This document shows, piece after piece, positions 34,010 through 34,230 of a stretch of DNA of 34,230 nt; within the stretch, counting starts at the first letter, position 1; each line of letters begins with the position of its first letter. A program made the translations under genes and the position numbers. This DNA is from Chthonomonadaceae bacterium (GTDB taxonomy: Bacteria > Armatimonadota > Chthonomonadetes > Chthonomonadales > Chthonomonadaceae), in contig DASRGZ010000030.1 of NCBI GenBank assembly GCA_035650735.1, positions 1-34,230 on the forward strand, in the 5' to 3' direction. Below the pieces are notes generated by a model that was given only the letters and a program-made list of their open reading frames with translations, was not told the DNA's origin and searched no databases.

Positions 34010-34081
34010 GGGCGGTTGGCTCAGTGGTAGAGCGCCTCGTTCACACCGAGGAGGTCAAAAGTTCAAATCTTTTACCGCCCA
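34010..34081 (+). tRNA. tRNA-Val(CAC); first 30 nt form attR
   Basis: Acceptor GGGCGGT/ACCGCCC, D arm GCTC/GAGC, anticodon arm CCTCG-TTCACAC-CGAGG, T arm AAAAG-TTCAAAT-CTTTT; CCA not encoded. Confidence 0.95.
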
Positions 34082-34230
34082 TCCTTTTAGAAGGTTTTGC
34101 GGCATTTCAATCTCCAATTAAGCGCCTCGTTGGTGTCTTGGCTGCCCTCTGACCTCCCCGATTGGAGGGCCAAATGCAAACTACAGCGCCTCGCTTGGCA
34201 AAAACGCCCGTCTCTGGGAGCGTGTCCGAT

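Larger units (their letters stand above)
12449..34039. mobile_element. Integrative element / defence island (~21.6 kb) inserted in tRNA-Val(CAC)
   Basis: 30-bp terminal direct repeat, tyrosine integrase near the left end, replication, recombination and defence cargo, visibly less GC-biased than the left flank. Confidence 0.92.

Noticed and set aside
33847..34152. 101-aa ORF
   Set aside because: Overlaps the tRNA and its promoter; no recognisable motif.
34031..34198. Possible CRISPR mini-array
   Set aside because: Repeat is only 10-11 nt, spacing is irregular (90 and 64) and no cas genes are present; kept as an att-motif finding instead.

Overview
The window has two parts. Positions 1-12448 are GC-rich host chromosome: a CBS-containing family II pyrophosphatase, a secreted hypothetical protein, a PhyH dioxygenase, a PAS-GAF histidine kinase, a Zn-dependent alcohol dehydrogenase, a nucleotidyltransferase-fold protein, a double aspartyl-protease/PDZ protein and rpsF-ssb-rpsR, with modular REP-like palindromes between genes. 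Positions 12449-34039 are a ~21.6 kb integrated element bounded by a perfect 30-bp direct repeat equal to the 5' part of tRNA-Val(CAC). The element appears to have cut the tRNA away from its native promoter and rebuilt the intact gene at 34010-34081 behind a similar promoter of its own. It encodes a tyrosine integrase; a phage-type replication initiator with five internal 23-bp iterons and an apparent antisense-RNA/leader-peptide control module; an HTH/RecJ-like divergon with three operators; an Xis-like protein; a serine recombinase with three recombinase-type HTH repeats; a five-gene DUF499 ATPase / small protein / DUF1156 methyltransferase / PD-(D/E)xK-like protein / PLD-SNF2 helicase (BREX-related, restriction-like) defence operon; a Rep_trans/MOB_T nickase; an XRE regulator; and a membrane PDZ protein. 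No capsid or conjugation genes are visible. All family calls come from motifs read by eye; no searches were run.
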